64,000 nt of DNA, taken from NCBI GenBank assembly GCA_048938895.1, contig JBHLLU010000018.1, forward strand, positions 11,282 through 75,281, in the 5' to 3' direction. The notes under the pieces were generated by a model. It was given only the letters and a program-made list of their open reading frames with translations. It searched no databases and was not told the origin of the DNA. How positions within the stretch are numbered: the first letter of the stretch is position 1; every line of letters begins with the position of its first letter. This DNA is from Promethearchaeota archaeon. GTDB taxonomy: Archaea > Asgardarchaeota > Lokiarchaeia > Sigyniarchaeales > SOKP01. Made by a program: the position numbers and the translations under genes. Positions 10,940 through 21,049 of the stretch are shown here, in pieces.

Positions 10940-11092
10940 CCCATTTTTTTCCTATTTTTCTAGAGAAAACACACAAAGTTTTATATACTAAATTTTCTTT
11001 AATAATAAAATTCAAAATTTTTTACTTTTTAAATCGAAAATTCATGAGTTCCTCGATTAAATAGTAAAATCTTTCAGAACTGGTGATTTCTC

Positions 11093-12565
11093 ATGTCAGA
11101 TTATTATAGAAAAAAAGTTCACTCAAGTAAGCTTATTGCAACATTTGATGATGTTCTAATACTACCTGGTTTTACCAATTTTTCCCCAAGTCATGTAGAT
11201 TTATCTTCGAATTTGGGAGGAAAGTATCATTTTAATCTTCCTATAATTTCATCTGCGATGGACACAGTTACGGAACAAAATATGGCAATAAGTATGGCAT
11301 TACATGGAGGTCTTGGTGTTTTACATCGGAATTGTCCTTTTGAAAGGCAACTTGAAATGGTTCGAATAGTAAAAAGAGCTAGATCTTTTGTTATTGATGA
11401 TGTTGCAACCATTAGTCCAAACGCTAAAGTTTCAAAAGCAAAATTTATGATGGAAAATTACAACATTAGCGGAATTGTTGTTACAGATGATGAGAATAAG
11501 GTTTGTGGAATCTTTACAAAAAGAGATATCCCTTTTCTTGAACATGATATTAAAAATGGAGCTATCAAGGATTATATGACTAAGGATGTTATTTCTATTA
11601 AACCAGGTGCTTCACGAGAAGATGCCTTAAAGATATTATACGAATCACGCAAAGAGAAGCTTCCAATTATTGATGAAAAAGGATTTTTAAAGGGATTAAT
11701 TACTAAGAAAGATTTAGCACCAGAATTTCCATTCGCCTCCAAGGATGAAGAAGGGCATTTATTATGTGGATTAGCGTTATCTCCTAGGTTTCCAGAATCT
11801 TCTCATGCTCAAACCTTACTTAAAGAAATAGATAAATATGTAGATATATTTTTTATTGATGTCGCTGATTTTTATAAGAAAGATGACATTGAAGGTACTG
11901 TAAAACTAATGAAATTTTTGGAATCTGATTTTGTGTTAGGTAACATAGGCACATATCAAGCAGCAGAATATTTAATATCCAAAGTCGATTTTGTTGAAGA
12001 AAAATTTATTGGATTAAAAGTTGGAATGGGTTCAGGTTCAATTTGCACCACTTCTCAACAAACTGGGGTAGGAGCACCGACTCTTTTTGCTACTGCCCAA
12101 GTTGCTGATGCGATTCAGGATTATAGACCAAATCTATCACTCATTGCTGACGGTGGATTTAAGAATCCTGGTGATTTACCAAAAGCATTTGCAGCAGGTG
12201 CGGATTTAATTATGTCTGGACATTTTTTTGCTGGCACTGACGAGTCTCCTGGTTTTATAGATACCATAGCAGGAAGAAAGGTAAAAGTTTATAGAGGAAT
12301 GGGTTCAAAAGAAGCACGAACATCAGGATACATTTCAGATCGATATGTAGAGGGATCAAAAATGCTCACTGAAGGTGTATCTAATTACGTACCTTATGTA
12401 GGTGATGTTCTTGGTGTATTAGCAACTTTAAAAGAGGGTTTAGCTAATGGTATGATTTACGCAGGAGCAGAATCAATTAATAAAATGAAAGAAGCTCCTT
12501 TAGGTATTGTTTCAGTTGTAGGCCAGCGTGAAACTGCACCCCATGATCTCATCGGAAAATTTTAA
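11093..12565 (+). CDS. guaB: Inosine-5'-monophosphate dehydrogenase with CBS pair
   Basis: [30 protein letters not shown] catalytic Cys, IADGG and YRGMGS motifs. Confidence 0.97.
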   Translation: MSDYYRKKVHSSKLIATFDDVLILPGFTNFSPSHVDLSSNLGGKYHFNLPIISSAMDTVTEQNMAISMALHGGLGVLHRNCPFERQLEMVRIVKRARSFVIDDVATISPNAKVSKAKFMMENYNISGIVVTDDENKVCGIFTKRDIPFLEHDIKNGAIKDYMTKDVISIKPGASREDALKILYESRKEKLPIIDEKGFLKGLITKKDLAPEFPFASKDEEGHLLCGLALSPRFPESSHAQTLLKEIDKYVDIFFIDVADFYKKDDIEGTVKLMKFLESDFVLGNIGTYQAAEYLISKVDFVEEKFIGLKVGMGSGSICTTSQQTGVGAPTLFATAQVADAIQDYRPNLSLIADGGFKNPGDLPKAFAAGADLIMSGHFFAGTDESPGFIDTIAGRKVKVYRGMGSKEARTSGYISDRYVEGSKMLTEGVSNYVPYVGDVLGVLATLKEGLANGMIYAGAESINKMKEAPLGIVSVVGQRETAPHDLIGKF

Positions 12566-12681
12566 ATCCCTTCTTATGTTCATTTAAGAGAATTATTATT
12601 AAATCTCTATTAATAAGTTTTAAACCACAATAAACTTTAGTTTGTTATTATCATTAATATAATCAATTAAGAGTAAATAAA

Positions 12682-14295
12682 TTGATTGATATGAAGAGAA
12701 TTGAAAGAGCAATTGTAAGTGTTTTTGACAAAAAAGATATGTTAGATTTTGTTAAAGTACTAGTTAATGAATTCGATGTAGAAATCCTCTCAACAGGAGG
12801 AACAGGTACTCTATTAAAAGAAAATGGAATAAATTTTCAAAAGATATCTGAATTTACCGAATCACCTGAATTGTTTGATGGAAGAATAAAGACATTGCAC
12901 CCTAAAATAGAAGGAGGATTATTATATCGTAGACATATGCAGAAAGATATTGATGAGGCTACTAAATATAACATTAAACCAATTGATATGGTTGTTTGTA
13001 ATTTATATCAATTTAAAGAAGCTATTGAAAAACCGGGAACTAATATTGAGGAGGCATTAGAAATGATAGATATTGGTGGACCAACAATGATACGTTCCGC
13101 AGCAAAGAATTTTCCTGATGTTATAGTAGTTCCAGGACCAGAACACTATAGTAATATCATTGATGAACTTAGAAATAATAACGGAGAGATATCTGAGAAA
13201 ACTCGGCTTTATCTTGCCCAAAAGGTGTTTTCAATCATGGCTGACTATAATGGTACAATAGCAAATTATCTTCAGCATTATTACAACCCTGGAGCTATTT
13301 TACCAGAAACAATTACTAAGGTTTATACTAAAGTCCAAGATTGTAGGTATGGAGAAAATTGGGACCAATCAGCCGCGTACTATAGAGATCTTTCAGTTAA
13401 ACTAGGATTACATAACTTCAGGCAATTAGGCGGTAAGGAAATTTCATTTAATAATTTTCTAGATATTGATTCTTGTGTTCAAATGTTACTAGATTTTGAT
13501 AAAGAAAACTATGTAACCGCAATTTTAAAGCACACATCTCCTAATGGAATAGCTATTGACAAGAAGGACCAATTAAGATGTGTTCAAATGGCTTTTAAAT
13601 GTGATCCAATGTCTGCATTTGGAGGAGTCTGGGGTGTAAATAAAGAATTAACTGTTGATGTGGCAGATTTTATCATTAATAGGGAAAAAATCTTAACAGA
13701 CGTTATTTTAGCACCTTCATTTGATCCTGAAGCTCTTGAAATACTTAAACAGAAAAAAAATATCAGAATCCTTGAAATAGGTGATTTTCTTGAACATAAA
13801 AAGGAAATTTATAGAAATTTAGAATTACGTTCAGTTCTGGGTGGAGTTTTAATTCAGGAATATGATAACAAATCTATCATTAAAGAATGGAATGTCGTAA
13901 GTAAAAAGAAAGTAACCGAAAGGGAGAAGGAAGCACTAATTTTTGCTTATAGAGTGTCGAAATGGGCAAAATCAAATTCAGCCTGTTTTGCACAAGAAAA
14001 CAAAGACGGATTTTTTACAATCGGAATTGGTGCGGGACAACAAAGTAGAGTACATGTGGTTAAATTAGCGGCCCAAAAGGCGATTGAGTTTGGCCATGAA
14101 GAGGAATTGAAAGACTCAGTAATGGGTACTGACTCTTTCATGCCTTTTCCTGATGCATTAGAAGCTGCAGTAAAAGTAGGGACCAAAGCAATTATTCATC
14201 CTGGTGGGAGTATAAATGATGAATCCGTTATTAGCCGTGCTGATGAATTAGGGTGTGCATTAGTATTTTGTGGTAAAAGAGTATTCCGACATTAA
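12682..14295 (+). CDS. purH: Bifunctional AICAR formyltransferase/IMP cyclohydrolase
   Basis: STGGT, GRIKTLHP, IDIGGPTMIRSAAKN, KSN, GAGQQSRV, PGGS and C-terminal RVFRH. Confidence 0.97.
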   Translation: MIDMKRIERAIVSVFDKKDMLDFVKVLVNEFDVEILSTGGTGTLLKENGINFQKISEFTESPELFDGRIKTLHPKIEGGLLYRRHMQKDIDEATKYNIKPIDMVVCNLYQFKEAIEKPGTNIEEALEMIDIGGPTMIRSAAKNFPDVIVVPGPEHYSNIIDELRNNNGEISEKTRLYLAQKVFSIMADYNGTIANYLQHYYNPGAILPETITKVYTKVQDCRYGENWDQSAAYYRDLSVKLGLHNFRQLGGKEISFNNFLDIDSCVQMLLDFDKENYVTAILKHTSPNGIAIDKKDQLRCVQMAFKCDPMSAFGGVWGVNKELTVDVADFIINREKILTDVILAPSFDPEALEILKQKKNIRILEIGDFLEHKKEIYRNLELRSVLGGVLIQEYDNKSIIKEWNVVSKKKVTEREKEALIFAYRVSKWAKSNSACFAQENKDGFFTIGIGAGQQSRVHVVKLAAQKAIEFGHEEELKDSVMGTDSFMPFPDALEAAVKVGTKAIIHPGGSINDESVISRADELGCALVFCGKRVFRH

Positions 14296-14499
14296 AGAAT
14301 TTTTAGCCATAACTAATTTCTCCTTTAATATTTTGATGAAATCATGCTTTCGGGCAATTATTTTCTGGAATAAACAAAGTTTAAAAAGATGTTTGCATAA
14401 TTTTATAATACTCAAAAAATCAATTTTACTTTTTAATTTTATAATTTAAATGAGGAGAGAATAAGTAATTAGTTTCTTTTAAGAGGCGCTCTAGTAAAA

Positions 14500-14787
14500 A
14501 TGGACTTTTTTATGAACAACTTGAAAGACACACTTGATGCGATAAATAAATTAATTGATAACAAGATATATATTGTAAACACGAAAAGAATCAGAAGATG
14601 TTTTAACATTAAGTCATCAGAACGCTCTAAGATCAATTTTATATGGAGATCCTTGAAATTCCTTGAACAAGAAGGAATATTATCATTAAATGGTATTACA
14701 AATCCAAAAACTTATAAAATTTTGGCGGATCAAAAAATTGATATTAACAAATTTCTAAATCAGATAGAAAAAGATAAAAAGCGCTGA
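14500..14787 (+). CDS. Small basic hypothetical protein, probable winged helix
   Basis: 95-aa ORF; IWRSLKFLEQEGIL..PKTY resembles a wHTH recognition helix and wing. Confidence 0.7.
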   Translation: MDFFMNNLKDTLDAINKLIDNKIYIVNTKRIRRCFNIKSSERSKINFIWRSLKFLEQEGILSLNGITNPKTYKILADQKIDINKFLNQIEKDKKR

Positions 14788-14789
14788 TT

Positions 14790-17519
14790 TTATACTAATT
14801 TTAATTCACGTGATAATTCCAATAATTTTTCTTGTGAATCTTTGTCATCTGGATTGTTAATTAGACGTTTTTGATAGAAAATAATATTTGAGTATTTAAC
14901 TTCAATTCGATTAAACAGTTTCACCCATGAATCAAAAAGGTTGACAAGCTCATATACTTCAGGATCTTCTTCAAATGATTTTAATTCGTTTTTATCAATG
15001 GATGAAAAAAGTTCTTTATAACTTTTTGTACTTACCCCTTGGTCTCTTAAGAATTTTTTATTAAATTTACGAACAAAAGCATCCAGCCCACTACGCCATT
15101 TTACATATTTCCTATTTATTTTATCAATAATTTCTTGTATGAGCTTTATCTCCTGAGGAAAAATAGTTTCTTCCTTTTTAGAAAGTATTTTTTTAATTCG
15201 TTCAAATTCCAATTCAAATATATTTATATAATTATTGACATTTTTCTCAAATTCAAATAAAACTGTATTATAATCTTTAGCAAACAAGATCTCCTCGCTT
15301 GAAAAAGTTAAGGTTGCTTCATCAAATGTTCCCTTCAATTTTTTTGTCTTCACTAATTCATCAAAAACTATTCTCAAAAAATCAATTTCGTCTTGTCCTA
15401 ATTCCTTTTCATAGAATAAATCATTAAATGAGAAAATAAGACTATTTTCTAACATCAGATTTCGAATTCCTCTTTCAGTATAAAATAATATATCCCCTTC
15501 ATATTCATAAAATATTCCTTTCAGTTTTCCATCTTTTTGTAAATCTTTTATAAGTTCTTCAATTAACTCAGATTTGATGTCCAAATTTCCTAACGTAATA
15601 AAATCTTCTGATTTTGATTTATCTAACAACATATATTTAATATCATTTTTAGCCTCTTCGATTTTCGATAGATTGAAAATAAACCAATCATCCTTCTTAA
15701 AATAAGTAATACCGATCTCATCAATATACTTCATAAATGAATTCATATCCATACCAGTTTTCTCGAGGTATGTACTCGCTCTGATTTGGTCCTTATTTTT
15801 AATTTCTTCAGCAATTGATCTTAAGTTCTCATCAATATTTGTAGTTATTAAATTTTCTTCAATTTTTAATTCATTTGCTAATAATTTAATTCGATTCGAT
15901 TTTTCTACTTCATCGGTTATCTGTTTAATATCTTCAATTTTCTTCGTTATGTAATTTGAATAATAGAAAATCTCTCTTTTCTTATCCCAAATCCCACTTC
16001 TCTGATCAATAATTTGGTCAAATACATCTAATAGCAGAATCTGATTGATATTCAATTTTCTTGAAATTTTGTTAACATCGAAAAAACCAAACACTTTTGA
16101 GTTTTGAATTTCATTTGATATTTTAAGAGTTCCTAAGTTGGTTAACCATTGAGTTCCTTTATGATATCTGGTCAAAAAATCATTAGGTACATTCTTAATT
16201 AAATTAAGAAAGTCATTTTCTGTAAGTCTTTCTCTGTAAGATTTAAGATCTATTACGTTATTTTTAGCAGCTTCTATATTTATTTGTTCAATTATTTTTT
16301 TTTGTGAATAAAATGATTGCTTTTCCTTTCCCATTAATAATGAGTCTTTTTGATTCGTCTTAATATCATTTATGATATTTACCATAAACTCAGGTGGTAG
16401 ATAATTATATTTTCTGATATTAATAATACCCTTTTGGATTAAATCATCTTCTAATTCTGATTTAATGTGTTTATATGAGTAGAAAATTCCTAAATCTGAG
16501 TAATATCCATTAATTATTTTAAACTTTATTAAAGTATCAATTAAAAGTTTTAACTCTGAATCGGTGTGAATTATTTGAGAAAATGATTTTTGAATTTTTT
16601 CATTAGATATTTTCAAGGCTTCCTTGAATAATTTTAGTAGTTTTAATTTTTCGAGTTCGTAAATGAAAATTAAATTATTTTTATTCTTTGTATAGAAAAT
16701 TATCTTTTTATCATTCAAACCTAAATTTTCAATTTGTTTTATATAATCCCTTAGCTTTATATTAGATTTAGATGATATCTCTGAAAAATTGGTTTTTTTC
16801 ATAAGACTTTGTTTATCTAATAATTCCAACAATTCTTTTTCATTAGTTGCATCAACGTTAATTTCTTTTAAATCGGGAAAATATTTAGAAAGGACTTCCA
16901 ATAAATTAGGAATGATATCTGATTTAAAATCATTAAAAAATGATGAAATTAATGATTTTGAAATTTCTCTTAGAGAATATAGCTGGTTAAAATTCAATTC
17001 TTTACAGAAACCAAGCAAAGAAATCAATGATTGCAAATTGTCTTTACTTACTTCCTTAGAAAGACTTTGTAATAAAAGATCTTTAATATTTTTAACCAAA
17101 TCTGGCTCTTTCTTTACTAATTCCTGTAAGAAGAAATGAACATTATCTCTAACGTCAACAGATTTGTCTTTTAAGAATTTTGCAAGTTTTTCAAAATATT
17201 CTTTTACATAATCATGATTTGATAAGAGTTTGAATCCTATAATAATAATTGAATTAACTCGCAGTTTGGGATCATTAGATTTGAGTAAATTCTGAATCTT
17301 TTTAAATATTCGCTCAGTTAAAATATTTGAATCATATTCTGCTAGAACACTTAATATATATGTTGTAGCTACAACACTTTCAGGTGCATCTAATAACTGC
17401 TCCAATTTTTCTACAACAGTAACCACTTTTTGAGATTTATTTTTACTAAGAAATTTGTTTAGTTTATCAACTAGTGGTACAAGAACCAAATCGTTTTCAA
17501 AATCCTTTAGATTAAACAT
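14790..17519 (-). CDS. Large protein with N-terminal HEAT repeats and multiple PCI/UFL1-like winged-helix modules
   Basis: DPKLRVNS and SVDVRDNV HEAT motifs; repeated LKG.F / G..Y wing motifs; C-terminal helical region. Confidence 0.65.
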   Translation of the reverse strand: MFNLKDFENDLVLVPLVDKLNKFLSKNKSQKVVTVVEKLEQLLDAPESVVATTYILSVLAEYDSNILTERIFKKIQNLLKSNDPKLRVNSIIIIGFKLLSNHDYVKEYFEKLAKFLKDKSVDVRDNVHFFLQELVKKEPDLVKNIKDLLLQSLSKEVSKDNLQSLISLLGFCKELNFNQLYSLREISKSLISSFFNDFKSDIIPNLLEVLSKYFPDLKEINVDATNEKELLELLDKQSLMKKTNFSEISSKSNIKLRDYIKQIENLGLNDKKIIFYTKNKNNLIFIYELEKLKLLKLFKEALKISNEKIQKSFSQIIHTDSELKLLIDTLIKFKIINGYYSDLGIFYSYKHIKSELEDDLIQKGIINIRKYNYLPPEFMVNIINDIKTNQKDSLLMGKEKQSFYSQKKIIEQINIEAAKNNVIDLKSYRERLTENDFLNLIKNVPNDFLTRYHKGTQWLTNLGTLKISNEIQNSKVFGFFDVNKISRKLNINQILLLDVFDQIIDQRSGIWDKKREIFYYSNYITKKIEDIKQITDEVEKSNRIKLLANELKIEENLITTNIDENLRSIAEEIKNKDQIRASTYLEKTGMDMNSFMKYIDEIGITYFKKDDWFIFNLSKIEEAKNDIKYMLLDKSKSEDFITLGNLDIKSELIEELIKDLQKDGKLKGIFYEYEGDILFYTERGIRNLMLENSLIFSFNDLFYEKELGQDEIDFLRIVFDELVKTKKLKGTFDEATLTFSSEEILFAKDYNTVLFEFEKNVNNYINIFELEFERIKKILSKKEETIFPQEIKLIQEIIDKINRKYVKWRSGLDAFVRKFNKKFLRDQGVSTKSYKELFSSIDKNELKSFEEDPEVYELVNLFDSWVKLFNRIEVKYSNIIFYQKRLINNPDDKDSQEKLLELSRELKLV

Positions 17520-17558
17520 TTTTTTTAAAAAATAAACAACTATAATGGAAGGTAATTT

Positions 17559-18284
17559 TTAATCTAATAAGAATTTTTTGAATGGTTGAATTTCTAATAT
17601 ATCCTTCATGTCTTTAATAATAAAGGTAGGATTTGAATTCTCTAGACTTTTCCTAGAACCATGGCCAGAAAGTATAGCTATGCTCTTAATTTCAGCGTTC
17701 TTTGCGCACTCAATGTCTGGGGGAAGATCACCGACATAGTACACATTGGTTTTATCAATTGAAATATTAAGATTTTTCTTTATTCTCTTCAAAGCAGCAT
17801 ATATTGGATAAGCATCTGGTTTTCTAAAGGGGGTATCGTCTCGAGAAATAAATACAGAAAAATATTTAGTTAAATCAAATTTCTCTGTAAAATAATTTAG
17901 GCGACTTCTGCTTGTATTTGAAACAATCCCTAAAATAAAATCCCCTTCTTGAAATTTAGTTAAAACAAATTCAAGATTCGGTCTTAAAGTATCATATATC
18001 TCATATTTGGGATATGTTTTCCTAAATTTAATAAAAAAAAGACATCTCTTCCATAAACTTGGAATATATTTCTTGTATACTTTATTAACTCTTAATAAAG
18101 CTTTTATTCTATTTTTTGAATCTGCTTCTTCAAACATTCGAGCTAAATCTATTAACCGCAAGTTTTCAATGTTTTTCCAATTGTAAAAGCTCTTTTTCAA
18201 AAATATAGATGCTGTATACTCTAAGGCTTTTTGTGTAATAATAACTCCGTCAAAATCAAAGAGTATTATTGGTTGATGAGTCAT
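17559..18284 (-). CDS. HAD-superfamily hydrolase (phosphoglycolate phosphatase-like)
   Basis: FDFDGVI motif I, SN motif II, KP motif III, VGDLPPD motif IV. Confidence 0.93.
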   Translation of the reverse strand: MTHQPIILFDFDGVIITQKALEYTASIFLKKSFYNWKNIENLRLIDLARMFEEADSKNRIKALLRVNKVYKKYIPSLWKRCLFFIKFRKTYPKYEIYDTLRPNLEFVLTKFQEGDFILGIVSNTSRSRLNYFTEKFDLTKYFSVFISRDDTPFRKPDAYPIYAALKRIKKNLNISIDKTNVYYVGDLPPDIECAKNAEIKSIAILSGHGSRKSLENSNPTFIIKDMKDILEIQPFKKFLLD

Positions 18285-18387
18285 ATGTGTGTTTTAAAAT
18301 AAGATTTAACACTTAAATTTATTCATGTAGATTAAATAATTAAAGGTAAAATATTAAAAAAAATGAATTAATTTGTATTTAATTCTT

Positions 18388-19065
18388 TTATGAATCTATC
18401 TCATCTGGTTCAACTGACACATGGGAAAGCAACCAATCAAGTTGTCTCTCTTTTTTGTTGACATTGAGAACTGTAGGTAAGATCATGACCTCATCAGCCT
18501 TACCGGGCATTATTGTGAACTTTCCGGCCCTAAGCATAAAGAATTCAAAAACATCCGGAATTTCCTTCTTAAATCTTAAACTTTTTGCAGGGAATCTCTC
18601 AGCTGAAGTGAAAATACCTGATTTATGGAAAATTTCGTTTCTTTCGATTTTATAGTATTCAAATCTTGTACTAAGTACCACTATCCCCAGTATAAACGCC
18701 AAGATTACTGACATAACCATATAGAATTGCCACGGTAATCCAAGATCTATTTTAATTCCTGTAAGATCAACTGAAAAATTTGGTAAAACTAAGAAAATTA
18801 CAAGCAAAAGAATTATAAGAACAGCCAGAATTAAAAGGAAGAATTTGGTTGATGAAAAATCAAAGGCAGTTACGAAAATATTAATAAAGAAGACAATGAA
18901 CCAAACATATCCTAATGCTGAAGAATGTTCTCCCTCATTAAGAGTAATAAGTACCTGAATTAACCATAGTATTAACGAAGTTACCAGCAAAGGCCAATAA
19001 AAAATTACCTTAGGATAACTCCTCAAATATATTTCAGTTGGACGTTCACTTTTTTTTTCAGACAT
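18388..19065 (-). CDS. Hypothetical membrane protein (4 TM plus soluble C-terminal domain)
   Basis: Four hydrophobic stretches followed by a beta-rich tail. Confidence 0.8.
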   Translation of the reverse strand: MSEKKSERPTEIYLRSYPKVIFYWPLLVTSLILWLIQVLITLNEGEHSSALGYVWFIVFFINIFVTAFDFSSTKFFLLILAVLIILLLVIFLVLPNFSVDLTGIKIDLGLPWQFYMVMSVILAFILGIVVLSTRFEYYKIERNEIFHKSGIFTSAERFPAKSLRFKKEIPDVFEFFMLRAGKFTIMPGKADEVMILPTVLNVNKKERQLDWLLSHVSVEPDEIDS

Positions 19066-19199
19066 AATAATTCTTCTCTACGTCTTTTATTTTTTAATTT
19101 AAAGAGGATTATTAAAATAATAGATAGATGTGTTATTTAAATATTAGTATATTATTGATTAACCTAAAAAGCACCCCAAAAAATGTTACTAAAATTTGG

Positions 19200-19949
19200 T
19201 TAATAATAAGTTCCCATTGATTTTACCATTCTATATGAGAGTTCGACAGATCTATTCCCATTTTCACTTATTCCCATATGACCTGGTAATAAATACTTGA
19301 TGTTTAAGGTATTTACAAACTTTATCGATTTTATTAAGGTTGGGAGTGAACCACCTGGAAAATCATACCTTCCAAAATTCCCTCCTACAAAAACTAAGTC
19401 TCCAGGAATTAAAATTTTTTTCTCTGACTCGTAATAACAAATAGAACCTGGTGAATGACCCGGAGTATGGTAAATTTTAAAATTAAATTCAGGAGTTATT
19501 TGAATTTCTTTCATATTTTGTAAATCAAGAATTTTTAGAGGTCTAATCTCAATTCCGAATTTTTTTGAGGTTAGACCAAACATACCAGGTAAGATCTTTC
19601 TTTCTTCTCCCCTTTCTAAAATTCTAGCAGCCTCACCGTAAGCGTAGATTTCAGGAGGATTATCCTTCAAAATATCTAGTAATTTGTAGATCCCTAAGAC
19701 ATGATCAACATGTTCGTGGGTCAAAAATACTTTTGTAATGTTATCATATTTTAGATTAAATTTTTGCATTCCCTTGAATAATCCATCAAGTGAGATTGCA
19801 TTTCCAGCGTCAAATAAGCTTAACTCGCTTGTATTCCCATTTACTATAATATATTGATTGCAATCAAGCATTTGATTTTCTGAAAAGTAATAGATGTTGT
19901 TTAATATTTTTCTTCCTAATTTCTCAGAATCATCTTTAGAAAAAAACAT
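19200..19949 (-). CDS. MBL-fold metallo-hydrolase
   Basis: THEHVDH, TPGHSPGS, GD and PGH motifs. Confidence 0.94.
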   Translation of the reverse strand: MFFSKDDSEKLGRKILNNIYYFSENQMLDCNQYIIVNGNTSELSLFDAGNAISLDGLFKGMQKFNLKYDNITKVFLTHEHVDHVLGIYKLLDILKDNPPEIYAYGEAARILERGEERKILPGMFGLTSKKFGIEIRPLKILDLQNMKEIQITPEFNFKIYHTPGHSPGSICYYESEKKILIPGDLVFVGGNFGRYDFPGGSLPTLIKSIKFVNTLNIKYLLPGHMGISENGNRSVELSYRMVKSMGTYY

Positions 19950-20054
19950 TGTAAATTAATTTTGATCCTTTTTTAAACAAATAAACTCAGCTTGATTTTA
20001 ATTTTTTTCTTTTAAAAGCTATAATTATTAATATTCAAAAAACCAATAATAATT

Positions 20055-20435
20055 ATGATTAAAGAACCCAAAATTGAGGATTTAAAACGTAAAATCAATT
20101 TTGGTATCAAATTTTGGCTTCAATTTGAAAATAAGAGTATTTTGGGTAGTGGATGGGCAAATTTATTAAAATGTATTGAAAAAAATAAAGAAGGGTCTTT
20201 AACTCAGGCAGCTAGAGAGTGTAATTATTCCTATAAATATGCTTGGAATATTTTAAAGAGAATTGAGAAAAGAACAGGGATGTCAGTTGTAATCACAGGC
20301 AAAGGAGGTCCCGGAGGAGGTGGATGGATTAAACTCAATGAATGGGGGGAATACCTTTTAAATACTTATATTAAGTATTATAAAGAAATTAGTAAAATTG
20401 AACAAAATCTTGAAGGAACTATGAAATCTACTTAA
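20055..20435 (+). CDS. ModE-family winged-helix protein
   Basis: GSLTQAARECNYSYKYAW...GGPGGGG signature. Confidence 0.9.
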   Translation: MIKEPKIEDLKRKINFGIKFWLQFENKSILGSGWANLLKCIEKNKEGSLTQAARECNYSYKYAWNILKRIEKRTGMSVVITGKGGPGGGGWIKLNEWGEYLLNTYIKYYKEISKIEQNLEGTMKST

Positions 20436-20542
20436 TAAATAAATTTTAATTTAAAAAATGATTAATTTCATTAAGATTAGTGCAATGATATAGATTTTTT
20501 TTGAAAAGGGGTTTGAAAGAATTAGAGGTATGAGGTTTTAAT

Positions 20543-20971
20543 ATGGGTGAAGATCGTTTGCAAAAATTTGGTAAAGTCAGAGTATCTCAGATTATGATTA
20601 AAGATCCCTTGTCTATTACCCCAAATGAGAAAATCAGTGCAACAGAGCTTTTAATGCTAAGGAAAAAGGTGGGTGGCTTACCTGTAGTTAAAGATCAGAG
20701 AAATAAGGAATTAGTTGGAATTATAACTCAACGCGATATACGTCTGGCTAGGTTTGCTATGAACCTGGAATCACCAAATACCTCTGTTAAAGATTTAATG
20801 ACCTCTGAGCCTTTTACTGTCAAAGAATATGACACAATAGAGAAAGTTTTAGAATTAATGTTTGATAAAAATGTACAACGTTTACCTGTGGTAAATGATT
20901 TCAACCAATTGATTGGTTTAATAGTACAAAACCAAATCTTAAAAAAACTATTTGATTATATGAAAACATAA
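20543..20971 (+). CDS. CBS-pair protein
   Basis: GLPVV..LVGIITQRDI and RLPVV..LIGLI CBS motifs. Confidence 0.93.
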   Translation: MGEDRLQKFGKVRVSQIMIKDPLSITPNEKISATELLMLRKKVGGLPVVKDQRNKELVGIITQRDIRLARFAMNLESPNTSVKDLMTSEPFTVKEYDTIEKVLELMFDKNVQRLPVVNDFNQLIGLIVQNQILKKLFDYMKT

Positions 20972-21049
20972 TAAATTTATATAAACTATTAGATCATAAT
21001 TTTTGTAAAACAATTTAGATCACTTAAAAAAAATAATCACTGATTTATA

